From contig NC_079165.1 of assembly GCF_947568905.1 (NCBI RefSeq), forward strand, positions 46,562,001-46,626,000: a stretch of DNA of 64,000 bases, given 5' to 3'. A program made the position numbers and the translations under genes. The notes beneath the pieces were generated by a model that saw only the letters and a list, made by a program, of their open reading frames with translations, was not told the DNA's origin and searched no databases. Positions 47,666-63,400 of the stretch are shown here, piece after piece (positions within the stretch are counted from its first letter, which is position 1; every line of letters starts with the position of its first letter). The stretch comes from Ostrea edulis. Lineage: Eukaryota.

Positions 47666-50600
47666 ATGTCGTTGACTGTAAAAGCTTTTTTGATGAAAGG
47701 AGGAGACGAGAAGGCTGAAATTCGGCGCTTCACGGTCCCGACAGACGTGTCAAGCAGTTTTGATTACCTGCAGAAGAAAATTGCCGAGATTTTTCCAGGT
47801 CTTGCTCGTGGGAATTTTTCCCTGTATTGGAAAGGTAAGTTTAAGTGCAACATTTGTTATGTCAGATGGTGTTTCTATACAGCTAGATGCATGTTCTAAA
47901 TGTTGGTCCCGGTTGTATAACTGTTTTTATAGCGGCTTTTGTAACACTATTTTAGATGAGGATGGAGATTTGATTGCCTTTTCTACTGGAGAGGAGTTGC
48001 TGGAGGCCTTGGGATTTGTTGACAATGGACTTTTCCGTGTTTTCATCAGACCTAGTAAGTTAATTAGACTAATCATTACTTGTCAGAAAATTGTAAAGAA
48101 GAAAACTTCCTTCTAATTTTACACATACATGTACTTGTACATTGCAATACCATAAAATGTTTTCAGCTATAAATAGCTATCTTCTCATTTCTTATTTGTG
48201 ACTGTTAAAGGGACTGGTTCACATATTTTGAAAAAAATATGTTTCCCTTTTATGCTAAACATTAAAAATATAACTCATTTAATGTTGACAGCCAAAATTT
48301 TGACCTTCTGAATGTAAGGATAAGAGCAATATTTTAGCCCAAACTCGATGCTATGTAAACAAAGAATTGAGTCTTTTTATATTTACAAATAAACCAGTGA
48401 AATGTTAATTTTGTAATTTAAAGCATCTCAATTTTGCACAGTCACAAAGGTGTTAAAAACGTTTAGATGACACATTTAAGAATACTTGAAATGTGATAAG
48501 AATTATAATAAACTTAGATTGATATCCATTTTTTTGGAAAACTTCATAAACAGTTGAATAACATAATGATAACTTCTCTAAAATGAGCTTTCTGTGATAA
48601 TGTATAACCTTATTTTTTGGTGAAACCTTTTAAACACATTAGACAGTAAAAGTGAAAAACAAAATTTAGGGGAAATCATGAATCAGATTTTTTAATGCTG
48701 GTTAATTTTGCAAACTGAGTTTTAACGGTAACGCATTAGGGTAGTGGATTAAAAAATACCTTTTGTTTAAAGTATTATGAAATGGAAAGCATTTAAATAT
48801 TATGAAATGTTTGGACGCAAGTTCTAATACATACCAATTTATTTGTAATGATTTTTAAAGCTTCAAATGACCAGCATTTGGAGAGAATTAAATAGCAACT
48901 TATAGTACTCATTATATAATCCATCATAAGAGGAGAATGAAAACCTGGGAGGTGATTCTTACAGTTGTATGATATGTATGGGTGTTCAGTAAAGAATTGA
49001 TAGTCTGAGGCAAGAAATTACAGATAATGTAGTGAATGGTGTACAAGTTATTCTAATTTGACCTCAAATAATTGGTAAGTATTAAATATAGAAAAATAAT
49101 ATAGTAAGAAAAAAGTTTCCTCATGTATGTAATAAGTTCCATATTGTAAATACACGTACACATGCTCACTTTCATAGCTACCCAGTCCACAAATAGCAAT
49201 CCAATTGGAAATGTCCCTCCCCAGGAGCATCCAGGAATTGTCTGTGATGGCTGCGAAGGAAAAGTGATTGGAAGGCGGTACAAGTGCACTATCTGTCCTG
49301 ATTATGACCTGTGTCAGACATGCGAGTCGAAGGGAATCCACGCTGAGCACAACTTCATTATGTATGATACCCCAACCCAAGGATTTGGCTTCCCCTTCTG
49401 CGGTCCCCCAAGACATGGACCTCATGGCCAAGGACCACCAGTAAGTATTAAAAGTACTCCAACTAGGGAAACTTAATGTGTTACTGTATCATTATGTACT
49501 GTGTATGTACCAATTCTTAGCATAGTTAGGAAATTTATTTTGCTCTAAATATTGAGTCTTTAGATTGTGATGAAATCCTACATTTCCATAGTCAAACTAA
49601 TATGATGTTAAAAATTCTACTGCAATTGATTAGCTATTTAGAAATATTAAGAATAATACTATAACATCATAAAAATGACTGAAATTAAATCACAATTTTG
49701 TCATAATTTGTAAACAATACAGTCAAGATTTACTACAGTATAGTATATGTGTTTTAAAACATGTCATGATCAAAACAACTAAATAAAAAATTCACTGAAA
49801 ATCATCGATCAATCGAAAGAACTACAGTCTGCAGTATTTTTAAGTCAAATTGACAAAATTCAAGTAGTGCATTATGTTATCATATTAATGACAAAAACTT
49901 CTTCTCACTCAATGCAATGGTCATAGTTGAAATATTAGATATATCAACCACTGGGAATAAATTCATTTATAAACTTAAGGAAAATCCAGCCTCATGGGAC
50001 ATCATAGGATTTTGCAAAATCTGTAATTAATCAAACTGTGCATAGTAGAAATGTATTGTTTGTAGGAATTCTTTTCACTGGGTACATTAAAAATTTGGTA
50101 AATTAAAGTTTTTATTTCTTATATCAAAAAATATAAAAAATGTTGTCAAGGGTGATAACTCCTATGCTGGTATTTTCTCTTTTGTATGTCTGTTATGCAA
50201 TGATTTCTCTGATATCCACAATTCACAACATGTCTTGCTACAAACAACTTTTTCAGAATTGATGAAAATTAAATTCATGGTTTTTATAAGTAAAATGAAT
50301 AAAATGTACCATATGGAATGTAATTTATTCCCATGATATCTCAAGTCAAAAACATTACAAGATAAAATTTGTAATGAGTTATATAGAAGGAGGGTTAGTA
50401 TATTTCAACTTTTGAACATCATAGAAAATTTACAAGTCACAAGTCCCTTCTTATTACAACCAAAATAAACAAAAAATATCTATATTTATCAACCAATGCA
50501 TCCATTTTTTTTTTTTTTTTGTATCAAGTGTCCTTAATTCGTATGTATTTTAAAAGTAGCAGTTTTTTTAAAACTTCTAAAATTAAGATTCTGTCATTTT

Positions 50601-52282
50601 AACCAATTATTATGTATTTTTATTATGCTGTATAATGAAAATGTGCAATTTTCTTATGTTGACGTATAAATTTACTTCTTTACTAGTAAAAAGTCTGCAA
50701 TATATGCTGGTGTATTTTCTTTGATAATTGATCGAATTAAACTAGTGTCAAATAGAAATTTTAAAATACAATTTTTCTACTTTGAATCCATAATAGTTCA
50801 AATATGGAGTTACCCTAGGTTCACATATGGGCTAAAATAGTATAAAGCTCATGTAGAATATTGCAATGTAAGTCGTGTGCTTTATACTTTGGCAATCATC
50901 ATTTCAGTGAACTTCCTTGCAACTCTACCAAAAATGCCAAAAAATCCACATTAATGAAAACTCCTTATTCCAAAAATGAAATATTTACAGTGTGCCCCTC
51001 CACATTTCTTCCGGTGGATGGAAAGAATGGCTAGAAGACAGCAGAACAGAGAAAATGCAGGTTGCCCATGGAATACCCAGAGAAATACTGAGGAAAAGGC
51101 ATCAAATGAACCCAAATGTGAGAACTCCTGCAACCCGGAGGAGTTCCTACAGTCTGTTGGTCAGTCTGTGGCTGCCATGCTGGATCCACTAGGTCAGCAG
51201 CCATCATGTTCTATTCACTTGAATTTAAAATAAATCAAGAATTTACCAGATAATACATTGGAGCAAGATGATCATTGATTTATTCTATCTCAAAATTACG
51301 AATATGTTTATGGAACTTCCAAATTCTGTCTGACATTGATTTTGAACAAAGTTGCAACTGGCTTATGAACTAAAGCTGTTTCCTCTTACACAGGTATCGA
51401 TGTTGAAGTGGATGTGGAACATGGAGGACGAAGATGTCCAGCATGGGGCCAAGGCAGTAAATGCAGAGGAAGAAAAGGTGGAAGATGCGGACAAGGGAAG
51501 TGTGGAAAGAAGGGAGAGCAGGAGGAGAAAATGGAATCTGATAAACCAGAACCTGAACCAGAGAGTCAGAAGGCTCCAGAGGAGACAACTCCAATGGCCA
51601 CTGACAATGCTGACAAACCAGAGACTGATGGTCCATCCACCAGCAAAGGAAGCAACCCAGAGACTGTATACAAGGACTTGGAGACCTGGACCATCTTGGA
51701 GGATGGTGATAACTCAGGTCCAAGGCCCACCCCCATGGCCGCTGCTCCAGTTCAGCCTCCTCCAGTCCAGCTGATCTATCCTCCCACAGGTAATTAGATG
51801 TTTAGTTACAATATTGTGAATCACCTTTATGAGGATTTTATTTTTACATAAATTCATAAGGTGGTCTTGTCATGAAAATTAAATTAAATTAAATCAAATT
51901 AAATTGGATACTACAAGATCACAAAAATAAAGATCCACACTATAAACACATGTTTAGCTGTACCAGTCTGGGGGGAAATTGGGATAGACCCATTTTCCCC
52001 CCAGATAGCTACAGTTCTGCAACTAGTTCAGAGTAAATCTTTTTCATGCAGTCAATGTGTACAAATTTTGAAAATTTTGTTTACACACTGACATACTAAA
52101 CAACATTTCTTTCAGATCCTACGATTGCCACTGCCCTGCAACAGATGCTGGGAATGGGTTTCCACAATGAGGGAGGATGGTTGCAGCGCCTTCTGGAGGA
52201 GAAAGATGGCAACATCAGTCAGGTGTTGGATTCCATTCAGACCAAGGCTAAGGTTACCTCGGATGGAAGCTACATGGCCTGA
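47666..52282 (+). CDS. SQSTM1: Sequestosome-1/p62, 6 coding exons, 431 aa
   Basis: Exons 47666-47834, 47956-48054, 49178-49440, 50991-51192, 51394-51789, 52116-52282 (1296 nt, GT-AG, phase-consistent). PB1 ([28 protein letters not shown]), ZZ ([32 protein letters not shown]), [57 protein letters not shown]. Confidence 0.97.
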
Positions 52283-52696
52283 ATGTGTATACAGAGCATC
52301 TTGTGAACAGAGATCTAGCTTTTAAATGTTTTTAGATACTTTTAACCTTAAGGATCATCGTAAAATTTAAGTGTTGATTTTCTGTTCTTGTTTCAATACC
52401 AGTTTATTTTTTGTCTCCATTTATGTTACTACATGTACATGTATTATGCTAAAACTTTTCTCTATTGGTGACTTCTGAGACATTGTTATTCAAAAGAATG
52501 TACAATATAATTGATTGTTGTATTAGTTTATGGCTTCAATATATTTTTTTTATGGAATGGTTTTGCAGATCTGACAAATAACAAGGATTATGCCCCAAAT
52601 ATTAGGTATATATAAACTGGCCAATATTCAGTTACTCTTTCATGTGGTTTTTGCATATATTTGTGTATAGATATTAATTTTCATGGTATTTCTGTG

Positions 52697-52702
52697 AATA
52701 AA
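52697..52702 (+). terminator. Candidate polyadenylation signal of SQSTM1
   Basis: AATAAA ~415 nt after the stop, followed by T-rich sequence; not verifiable without RNA data. Confidence 0.35.
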
Positions 52703-55700
52703 ATTTGGATTTTGAAAATGAAATTGCTGGACTTGAAATGGAGTTGATTTGTAATGTCTGTAGACTTTAAATTTTAAGAAAAATTGGACATTGATCCTTC
52801 AATGCTCTATACAGGGCAATTTTCATCCATTTTGCCCTTGTCTTAAATGGGTAAATTTCAAACTAAGCAAATGTAAATGTACTTGCTACTCTAAATTGGC
52901 TAAGAATGGCTTTTTGGCAAATTTGAAAGGAAGCGGAAAATGTGCAAAGAATTCAAAAGTTTGTGTGAAGTAAGATGTCAACATGCTAATTGCACCTCTC
53001 AGCCCTGAAAATAAATAGATGCCAATGAACAGTTAAAATTTATTTTTTGCAAAACTGATTGATTTAATGTAAAGATATTGAAAAAATAGCAGACTTAAAA
53101 AAGATGAAAAATAGTCCAGAATCAAACCTACGCACTGTCTGCTTTGATCTCGCAACAATGGAGTCCGTGGGCAAATTTGAAATGGTTTTAGTGAGTAAAA
53201 CTAGTTGATGTAAGCAGTGATGATTAGTCAGTATGCCTATAATCCAACCACTCTGGATCTGAAGATAATGAAGGCCATCAAGAAATCATCTAGCTTATCT
53301 TAAATTAATATTGCACCCCAACACCGTGTGAACTCTTATGTTGGCCTTAACTAAAAGCACTTCCCACATGTTTCTGACAAAAAATTTGAACATTTATATT
53401 ATGAATCGTGCAAATAAAAGCCAATAAAAAAGGATACAGCATTGGGCAATAAAATGTTTTAAGGTAACATTACAACAAATAACAGCTTTACCCCTACTTC
53501 TTTTCATAAAATCTATATTATAAAAAATTAATTTAATGGGTTGTATATACAATGTACTTAAAAAGAAAAAATAGAATGACATTTAATTGTAAGATAAGGG
53601 AATTAAGAAATATAATGAGTGGAAAATATCTTGATATGCAAGCAATATTTGTTGTCGGTGGGAGAAATTTTGATGAAATTTATTGTGAATCTGTGTTGGA
53701 GAAGATAGCTGGAGTTACAAACCCATCACCTCACTCATAGGGAATCGTAACCCAACCTTCATAAAATCTCTACAGAAACATTACGTAAGAATAATGATCC
53801 AAGGAATCGGAAGTCTGGGCCTGGAGGTTATAACACTTTTACTGTACTCAAACTTGGCCATGTTTGTTTTGAGTATAACTTTGAGCAAGATTCGAAACAT
53901 GCTTGAAAAATCTTGAGCATGCACTCCATTTGAGTGTGAGAATGATTTTATAAATTTGAGCACAGAGTTTGAAAACGTGCTCCAGGCCAGACTGATAAAT
54001 TGTCTGAGATTAGGAGTTCAAAATTACATCATCTGGATCTGGACAGACTTTCAAAAGAAAGAATGAAATCTGATCTAAACTTACAACATAGAGATATAAT
54101 TGAGGTGACAGGTCCAGGAAAAAATATTTGTCTATCTTTAATTAAAAATAGAAACTTCACCCATAATTTGCATCCTTCAAAACTCTTCTTGCAAAAGGGA
54201 CTTGAATTTCGTCACCATCTCAATCTGCAATTACTCCATTGAATCTGGTGATTATGTCACTTGTATTTAACTTGTGAAACATTAATGCAGAAAAATCTCA
54301 GGGTGGAATCAACTGTGAGGAGGTACCAACTAGTGGACAAAAGGATGTTGCCCAATGGAAATTGCTCAAATTGCGAACCAGTAACATGTGAACACCCCCC
54401 ACCCCACCCTTCCCCTCTGACACAACTCCAATTTACTTGTCATCCAGAAAAAAAAATTGGGTTCACCGCAGAGCTTCTGTCTAAATGAACTTTTCAAAAT
54501 TTTATGACACAAAAATGCAGGAATTGACACGCCACACCACCATGATTCGGCATCTGAATGATGCCATATGGAAAGCTCATCATATCATATCCAGGCAGAG
54601 GAATGAGTTGTCCTTGTGCTTCTATAACATCTGTTTCAACATCAATGAAAAACAGGCTATCCTGTAATGCTGACTGCTATTTCAATTTAAATCAGTAAAT
54701 TAAAATGAGATTTAAGACCAGAGCAGTTGCTAATTTCAGTCAAACTTGCCACAAAGCATGCTCGAGTACAGAGGATTCAAATTTGACAGTGTGTAGATTC
54801 AAGTTTGTTAAAATCATGGTCCCTTATGGGGATTGGATGGGGCCACAATAAGGGGTCAATATAAAGTATTACATGGGGATATATAGCATAAATCTTTTAA
54901 AAATCTTCTCAATAACAACAGGACCATGATTACTCGTATGAAGGCCAGGAACAAGTTTAAGTCCTTGGAAAATGGAGCATTAGTATAAGTCCTTGGAAGC
55001 TCACAGGATCTTTCCAAATAAAAGGGGCCTAATGCACCTCATTTGAAAGTCCTAATTAGTCTTTCTTTATATATTATGTACATGTATATCAATGGAATTT
55101 GTGTAGGATGGTCATGAATTTTGTGTTGTAAAGTATTCTAAGTGTACTAAGCACATCTTTTCTAAGTTGCTAGAACCTGTTACTAATCCCTTTGTATATT
55201 TATACAATAAAATATAAATAAATAAAATATGTTCAAATCAAAATCAACACAGCTGTAGACTGAACCTAATTTGGTGCTATCATAAATTAGCACTATCTGC
55301 ATCTCTCAGACTGTACATTTCATGCATGCAGATTCGTACTTTAAAGATAATCTTTTAGCAATGCACTTGCAACTGTACCAAAATATAAACCCCAATAAGT
55401 TTGTACACATTTACATTTAGTATATTATGAGAATTTGTTCATGTGAGGACCTAAGTGTAGGACGACTCAGGCTTGATGTATCCATAATTTCAATAAAATG
55501 CATTTCATGATGTAAAGGATCTGTATAACCTCCTGCACATCCCTCAATAAACCATTGAAAGTTCCAGCAAATTTCAGTTCATTGGTGAATAGAAAAAAAA
55601 TTGAACCAAGGGTAATGAAATCATACCAAGATGAGTACATCATAAAGATTTTGCACAAAGACCTAAGCTTGACCTTTGGGGAAACTAGAGGATTCTTTCG

Positions 55701-56307
55701 TCAAAATCACTGCACAATCTCACTTACATCAATACATGGGTGAAGTATGTATAAAATCATAAGAATATATTCTGCTGTGATTTAGTTGTTTGGGATCATT
55801 GGTTGATGAAAAAACAATTGTTCTTCAATTTCAAATCCATTATGAAACCAGCTTTCTACCCTCATATGCAACATCATATTCACTCAAACAATATTCATTT
55901 TCTGATATTTATGGTATTTAATTATGATAGTATTACAAAACAGAAATGTACACTCAACATAATGTAGACAATGACACTAACAAGAAAAGAATGCAGTACA
56001 GAGTCAATGTGCCTGTTCCAAAGTTCTAAATTTTGCACAATGAGACATACCCCCATTTTTTTCAACAAGGCATTATATACTATAAATGGACTAGCATGTA
56101 TAATAATCATGTTCTTGTACATGGAATAAAATGAAGTATGCAAGTAACATATATTGTCAAGAATCAAATATCACATATAAATTCTTCTCTCACATTTTCA
56201 AGATTTTCAAGTTTCTTTAATTTCCAGAAAGGCACATTCATGTTTTCTTGTCTTTAGAATTTACTTCAGTTTTCCATCAAGGAAATTCAAGATGAATTCA
56301 TTTCCCT

Positions 56308-59300
56308 TTAGCTAGTTTCCTCCCCTTCTTCAGTCTCCTCTTTTGCCTCAGCAGTCTCATCTTTTTCAGATGTTGGATTTTCAGTTTCCTGAGGTTTCTC
56401 TTGAGGTGCAGGGGGTTCCTCAGGTTCTGCAAAAGAAATTTTCATGTAAAAGATTTATGCTTTGTAGGAAAAGAAGCCCTCTGTCCAGCCATGTTAATAT
56501 AGCATATAGCAAAAAATTATGTGAGAGGGGTGCTGCATATAACGTAGTCCTATACAATATAACATAGTATTAAACTTCACAATAATGTATATCAGGATCT
56601 CTATAAAATGTATAATGTACATGTGCTCAGGTAACTTTGTCCTAAAGCCTTTTATTTAGAACTACATATACAAAATATCAATAGTGAGAAATTTCTACCC
56701 ATGTTACTTTCGTCCATTCACAATTCAACCGATTCAAAATTTGCCCAAAACAATTTATACAACTTTAGTTTAAGGGTTTGAGTATAAATTTATGTTCATT
56801 AAGGTTTGAATTTGTCTATTCAGGATGAGTGCAAAATGGGCAAAAATATAACAGGGGTAAAGATTTCCAGGTATTCAGCGTCTAAATTGATATAACATGC
56901 AAGTAACGTCAATATGACATACTTGGCTCTGGGAAAGGCTTTTTGAAGTCATCTGTCCTGGTGTCCTTCCATTCACACAGTCTCTCCAGGGCAGGTCTGG
57001 ATCCCATCACAATATGCTCATTCAGTCCCGTTAACATTTTGTGAGCCATGGCTATGCCATACTGGACTCGGTTTGTGTTAATGGACTCTAAATCTGACAT
57101 GGATCTGGCTATATTGTAAGCCTTACTGAAATATTCTGTGGCCTCATCATAGCGACCCTAAAAAAAATGTATTAACATATAAAATATCATACAAAGTAAA
57201 TAGTTCTTTTATTCAATTTACCTGAAAATGTCCTTGAGGGATTACTACCAGGTGCCTCCCACCTCTACCCTTTCAAACTTGGGACATATTTTCAAAAATA
57301 CTGCATATCTGAAGTTCTTACACTTTGACCATCTTCATTTTCAGAATGTAGAGAGAAATTCAATTTTCTTGTCTCTGAGTTTGAACTTTGACCTTTCTAG
57401 TCCAAATCAACAGAGCCCATTCTCATTTCATGAGGATGCTTTGAAATTTAAATTTAATTGATTCTGTTGGTGATGGGAATTAGACTAGAATGCAAAACCA
57501 TTTTCCATTTGTCAGCATTTCATAAGTTTAATCATAGATCTTTTGACCACAAAATCAATAGGGCATATCCTATTTCACTGGAAGTAATAAAAGTACTTGG
57601 TCATTAAAGTTTAACAACTCTGGAGTATAAAAGGAATTATATTTGACCCCAGAACAATATATTCCTATGATTTGATGACCTTGATCTTTTGACTCACACA
57701 AATGGAGTATTTCCTCAGTGGAATGAGTCTATGGGTGATAAGTTTCCTGATTCCAGGTGAAAATGGAATTCATTGGGAGTCAGAAAAAAAAAATGAGATG
57801 AATGATTTTGAGAAGAGTGCTCAAAAACTTTGTAAAATTCCAATATAATGAATCAATGTGGGAATTCTTTAAATTATGAATATAAGATCCATAGGACTTG
57901 TGGATGAGTTTTCTGAGTTTTTCCGTTCACATAAAGCTTCACAAGTAAAAGCTGCGGAACCAGTAATGGGGTCAAAGGGAGATGACATAGTGAAAGAACA
58001 CAATTATATGTGATTGAGTTGACATGAAAAAGACACACTGTTTGGAACTATGTAACATACAGTGGTGATGTGAGGAAAATATAATGTCAAAAGCCTTTGT
58101 AAACCATCTTCACAAGTCAAGGGTAATTATTGATTCAGTACCTTGCACTAACCCTTGCCATCAGTGACTATCAAAAAGTTGGGCTCGTTCTGATTGTTTC
58201 CACAAAAGAGTGGGAACCAATAAGAATGCAGTTCTATTTATAACAACGCGAAGCGAGAGATTCAAATAAAAACACGTGCATTGATACCTACAGTTATGGT
58301 TATTTCAATTGTTTAAGTAATATTGTCTTAAGAAAAAAAGGTTTCCAAACTTGATCTACTATCAATAAACACAAGAGGTACTGTGAGTAATGCTCACTAA
58401 GAATACCCCCCACTTACCCCAATCTCCCAAAGGGTGTTGTTAATAGGTATAAATTACCTCTTTCCTGAGTGTAAAAATATAGTATGCCTATGTAGAAAAA
58501 AATGGAAAATATAGTCCGAACACAAATCCATGGCATAAACCTATAATTTTGACCTTGAGATCAGAGGTCAAGGTCATAAAGAGGTCATGAATGTACATGA
58601 CACATAGTCTCATGGTGATACACCCATGTCTTATGGTATGACTATGTCAAAACCCTATAATCAATTTTGACCTTGAGGTCAAAGTTCAAGGTCATATAGA
58701 GGTCATGAAGGTACTCGACACATCGTCTAATGGTTATACACTCATGTGTCAAATATGGTATGCCTATGTCAAAGAACAAAGAAGTCATGGCCCTGACATG
58801 AATCCATTGTAAAAACCTTTAATTTTGATCTTGAGGTCAAGGTCATATGGAGGTCATGAAAGTACATGACACATCGTTTCATGGTGATACACTTATGTGT
58901 CAAATATGGTATGCCTATGTCAAAGAACAAAGAAGTTATAGCCCGGACACGAATCCATTGTAAAAAACCTTTAATTTTGATTGATTGATTGGGGTTTTGC
59001 GCTGTTTTGGCAATATTTCAGCCATTTTACGGCGGTTAACTAATTCAATTATGTTTGGTTGTGAGTGTTTGAGTTTCCCTGACGGCTCCCAGTGAGCCTA
59101 CTCTTTTTCGAACATCAGGGAAACAATCTTTTGCGTGCCAAGGGGGGGGGGGTTTACCTTGAGGTTAAGGTCATATAGAGGTCATGATGGTACTCGACAC
59201 ATCGTCTCATGGTGATCCACCTGTGTGCCAAATATGGTATGCCTAAGTCAAAGAACAAAGAAGTTATGGCCCGGACACGAATCTGCACAGACAGACAGAC

Positions 59301-59317
59301 GAATGGACGGACGGACG

Positions 59318-59365
<48 letters not shown>

Positions 59366-60377
59366 ACCCCCAGAACTTCGTTCGGGGGTATAATAATTAG
59401 TGGTGTAAATATTACAATTGTGCATGTTTATCAATACAGCAGTATGAGATTGCATCATTTGTATCCATGTACACCATAACAAGATGCAGAGATTTCATTG
59501 GATGTTTTATTTATAGTGGATTGTGTAATGGTCTAATGAGCCCAACTTTTATATAGCGACTGATGTCAAGGGTTAGTACGAGGTAACAAATCAATAACCT
59601 TTGACTTGTGAAGATGTTGTAAACTGGCTTAAAAGGTTAAATATAATTGTTATTTCACTCACCAGTGAGTTAAATATGTTTCCCAGATTATGACATGCTC
59701 TGCTAAGTCCCTTCTCCTCTCCACTCTGTTCTGTTACTTCCACAAATTTCTTCAAATAATCTATACTTTTTTCCAGTTTGCCTTGTCTGAAATAGCAAAG
59801 ATTGCTTGAATTGTTGAAACAATTTATATCCACCTTATTTTTCTGCAAGTATGCTGTACATGTATCCATAATACCGTAGTAAAATGTAATTAAATTAACC
59901 AGTATTATATATCTATTTTATTCTCCTCACTTGAAAATTGTCTGCAAATAAATGACACATGGATTTTAACCAACCTTGCATAAGACTTGGCAATCGCATC
60001 ACATGCTTTGCCAATGCCATCACTATCCTTGGTAGCATTACATGTGTCTAAATAGCTGTTTAAATGCTGCAAGAAAAAATATACATATTCAGAAACTTGT
60101 GATTTTCTATTCCAAACCAAATCAACATTTTTATGCACAAAGATTAAAGATCAGAGACATTTTGTTGTTTGGCTTTTTAATGTCTGTACATCTGTCAAGA
60201 ACTTTGAATAACCTTGGTCATAACTTTGGACCTAAATACTGAACACAGAGAGAATAAAACATTGAACACAGAGAGAATAAAACATTGAACACAGAGAGAA
60301 TAAAACATTGAACACAGAGAGAATAAAACATTGAACACAGAGAGAATAAAATTTAAACCACGGCAATTACTTTTGAG

Positions 60378-60425
<48 letters not shown>

Positions 60426-63400
60426 ATAGATATATAGTCACAGTTGTGTGTCAAGGTCAACCTTGCTACAATAGACCTTAGCAATTTTTTGGAGAGATTT
60501 GTGTTTCCCTCACAAGCACATCTTGTTTACATGTAAATAAAAATTCCTTTTGAAACGTCAATACAAGTATTGTGCTAAAATTACCAATAATAGAATATAT
60601 ATTGCTCACTGACAATTTTGGTAATGTAGATAAGAGTAGCTGATATTGCTAGAGACGTCAACCGCAATGTTACTGTTTGAGAACAGTTACAGATAAAGAG
60701 AAATTGGAAGAGTGTTGGAGAAGATTGTGGTCTCTGAATGTTTTTCTAAAGTGTTTTAATTTGCAAACAAAAATGCAGCATGTACTACTGTATTCTTATG
60801 ATCAAGCTGTAGAAATGTAGTTTGCTGGTCTGAATTGTGATGGATAAAGTCATCAAACCAGTAAGAGACAGTAGAATCATTAGATTTCATGGAGGCTCAA
60901 ATTTCGTGGGTACCCCTATCACATGATTTTCAAATGACAACAAAATACACAATCTATTTCATGTATCAATGTACAGATATCATATCCACAAAATTACATC
61001 CAAACGAAACAGTAAAATCTCAACAATCTGCAAAAATTGAGCCCCATGAATCTAAATAATTCCATGGTAGCTATATTCTTAATGCATATTTACATTATCA
61101 TTTTATCATCTTGTTGATTTGTCAATTTTGGTCACATAGATTTTTCAGTATATATGTTTGATAGCATGATAGACATAAGGAAAATATACTGTACATTGCT
61201 TATCCTATATTTGCATTAATTTGCAAAAAATCAAAAGTCTCACTTGTTATCATTTATCATTTAATAATTTATATAGAATCATAGAATTGAGTCCTTCAGA
61301 GTAGAGCAATCATGATTTCATGTTCTTAAATGAAGTTGAGCAGAATTTTGACAAATAAAGTTCCGCTATAATATAAGGAATCACAGTATGCTTAGAAGGA
61401 TTTCAAAAGATACCAACCTGCAGAGCAGTTTCACCTTCTCCAATTTTATCATAGGCTTGTCCCAGTCTGTAGGCAGCTTGGCCTTCTAAAACTCTATCAT
61501 TACCTATCAAACAAAATTTTATCAATGCCTATCAAACAAAGCAAGTAGTCAAAATATGTGCAGGATAAATTTGATTTACATTTGAATTTGCAACATTGCA
61601 TTAGCGCAAAAATAAACCTATCATTGTTTAAATATACACTGTAGGTATAGTGATGAACAAACTGAATGTTTGCCAATGTAATTAAAATTAGATATTAGAT
61701 CCACTCGCATTGATATGTATGCAAGTAGATCTAACATCCAATTTTAATTAGACTGAATGTTTGCAAAACTACTGTTATATGTCTTACTAATAAATCTGAC
61801 AAGGCAACTTTACAGAAATAAAGTCTTGCAAAATTCAATATAATATACTTAGAGTTAGAATCTGATCATGAGACCAACTGTATCTGTTTATTAAAAAAAG
61901 ATACCTTTTCCCTTAATTGAATGTGAAAACAGTATTTCCTTACTTTCTGTGGCAAACTTGTGGGCTTTAGTGAGGTATTCTAGTGATTTCTGTTGATCCT
62001 CCTCTTCCATTTTCTCACCAATAGTTGTGTAAATGCGACTTAAATTGATACAGGCATCTGTGTGATAGGTAAAACCATCCCCTTGGATCCATTCCTTGTG
62101 TTCCACTGCAAGTTTGTAGTAGTTCTCAAAGTGTTCAGCTGCCTCAAAGTATTGTCCTAAAATAATCAAAACAAATTTTTTTTTTACCAGTATTAAACTT
62201 GAAAGGAAAGGTGAAGATAACGAACAGTGACAATCTTATAACTCCCATAAGCAATACGAAATAGAGAGTTGGGCAAACATAGACCCCTGGACACATCAAA
62301 GGTGGGATCAAGTGCCTAGGAGGAGTAAGCATCCCCTATCGACCGTTCACACCCGCCCTGCCAAGAACGGTTTAACAATCGGTATGAAACACGTAAGACA
62401 GCATTTGACCCAATGATAGGTTGTATCGGCAAACTAGATTGTTATAACGACTATAGAATTTGCAAAATGCTGACTTTAAATGAGACTGTTGAAACCCCTG
62501 CACCATCAACTTGTTTGTCAGTAGCCTGATTCAGAATTTTTTGTTAAAAGTTTGAAAATAAATAAAAAACTTAATGCTCACACGAATTACTGTTTTGAAC
62601 ATTCAGTTTTACAGTACATGTATGTGCATACCATTGTCTTCAAGAGCAGCTCCTACATTGTAGTAGCCCTGGGCTCGGAGCTTCCCTCCATCCCCTTCAA
62701 TGCTACTGCTGGTATCCAGACAAGTGTTGAAGAAGTGATCAGATAACCATTTATCACCTGTGGACTGAAAATAGCGAGCAAGCTCAAATCTGTTGTGGTA
62801 CACCTCTGAGTAGTCACCTGTAAAATTAGACAGTCTCAATATTAGTCATCAGTACACGAAAAAGAAATGTTGAAAAATATTACTTAAATGAATTTTATAC
62901 CATAGGGTTACGTAGGTCATAACATGCTAATAAAAAAACATACAATAGAATAAACTTTCTGGCGTACTTTGGATATTTAGTATGATAGCACTCTGTCCAG
63001 TATATGTATTCATATTTTTCTAAGAGAAGACAAATACCAACTTACACTGAATTAGAAGTATCAATTTTAGTAAATTTTATGCAATTCAGAAGACAAATAC
63101 AAGGCATATCAGTAATGTCCTTTTCATGTTAAAAGATTAAAGAAATTTATTAGTTCACCTTTTCTCAGAGCTTCCTCTGCCTTTGTCAGATGAAATTTAA
63201 GCATGTCTAGTTCTTGATGTCTATCTTTTAACATTGTCTGTGTCCACATTAATGATTCTTCTCCTTGTGCAAGTCTGTCTTCCTCTTGTTGTTTTATAAG
63301 AGCAAATAGTTCACTAAAAGACTTGTGATATCCATCTTGCAACATATCCAGACACAAATTATGTTTGTATGTGTTTCTGTAGCTGTAGAAAGATAATTAT

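Noticed and set aside
51625-51655. DGPSTSK as a KEAP1-binding KIR
   Set aside because: It lacks the essential GE of (D/E)(P/x)STGE and lies before, not after, the LIR.
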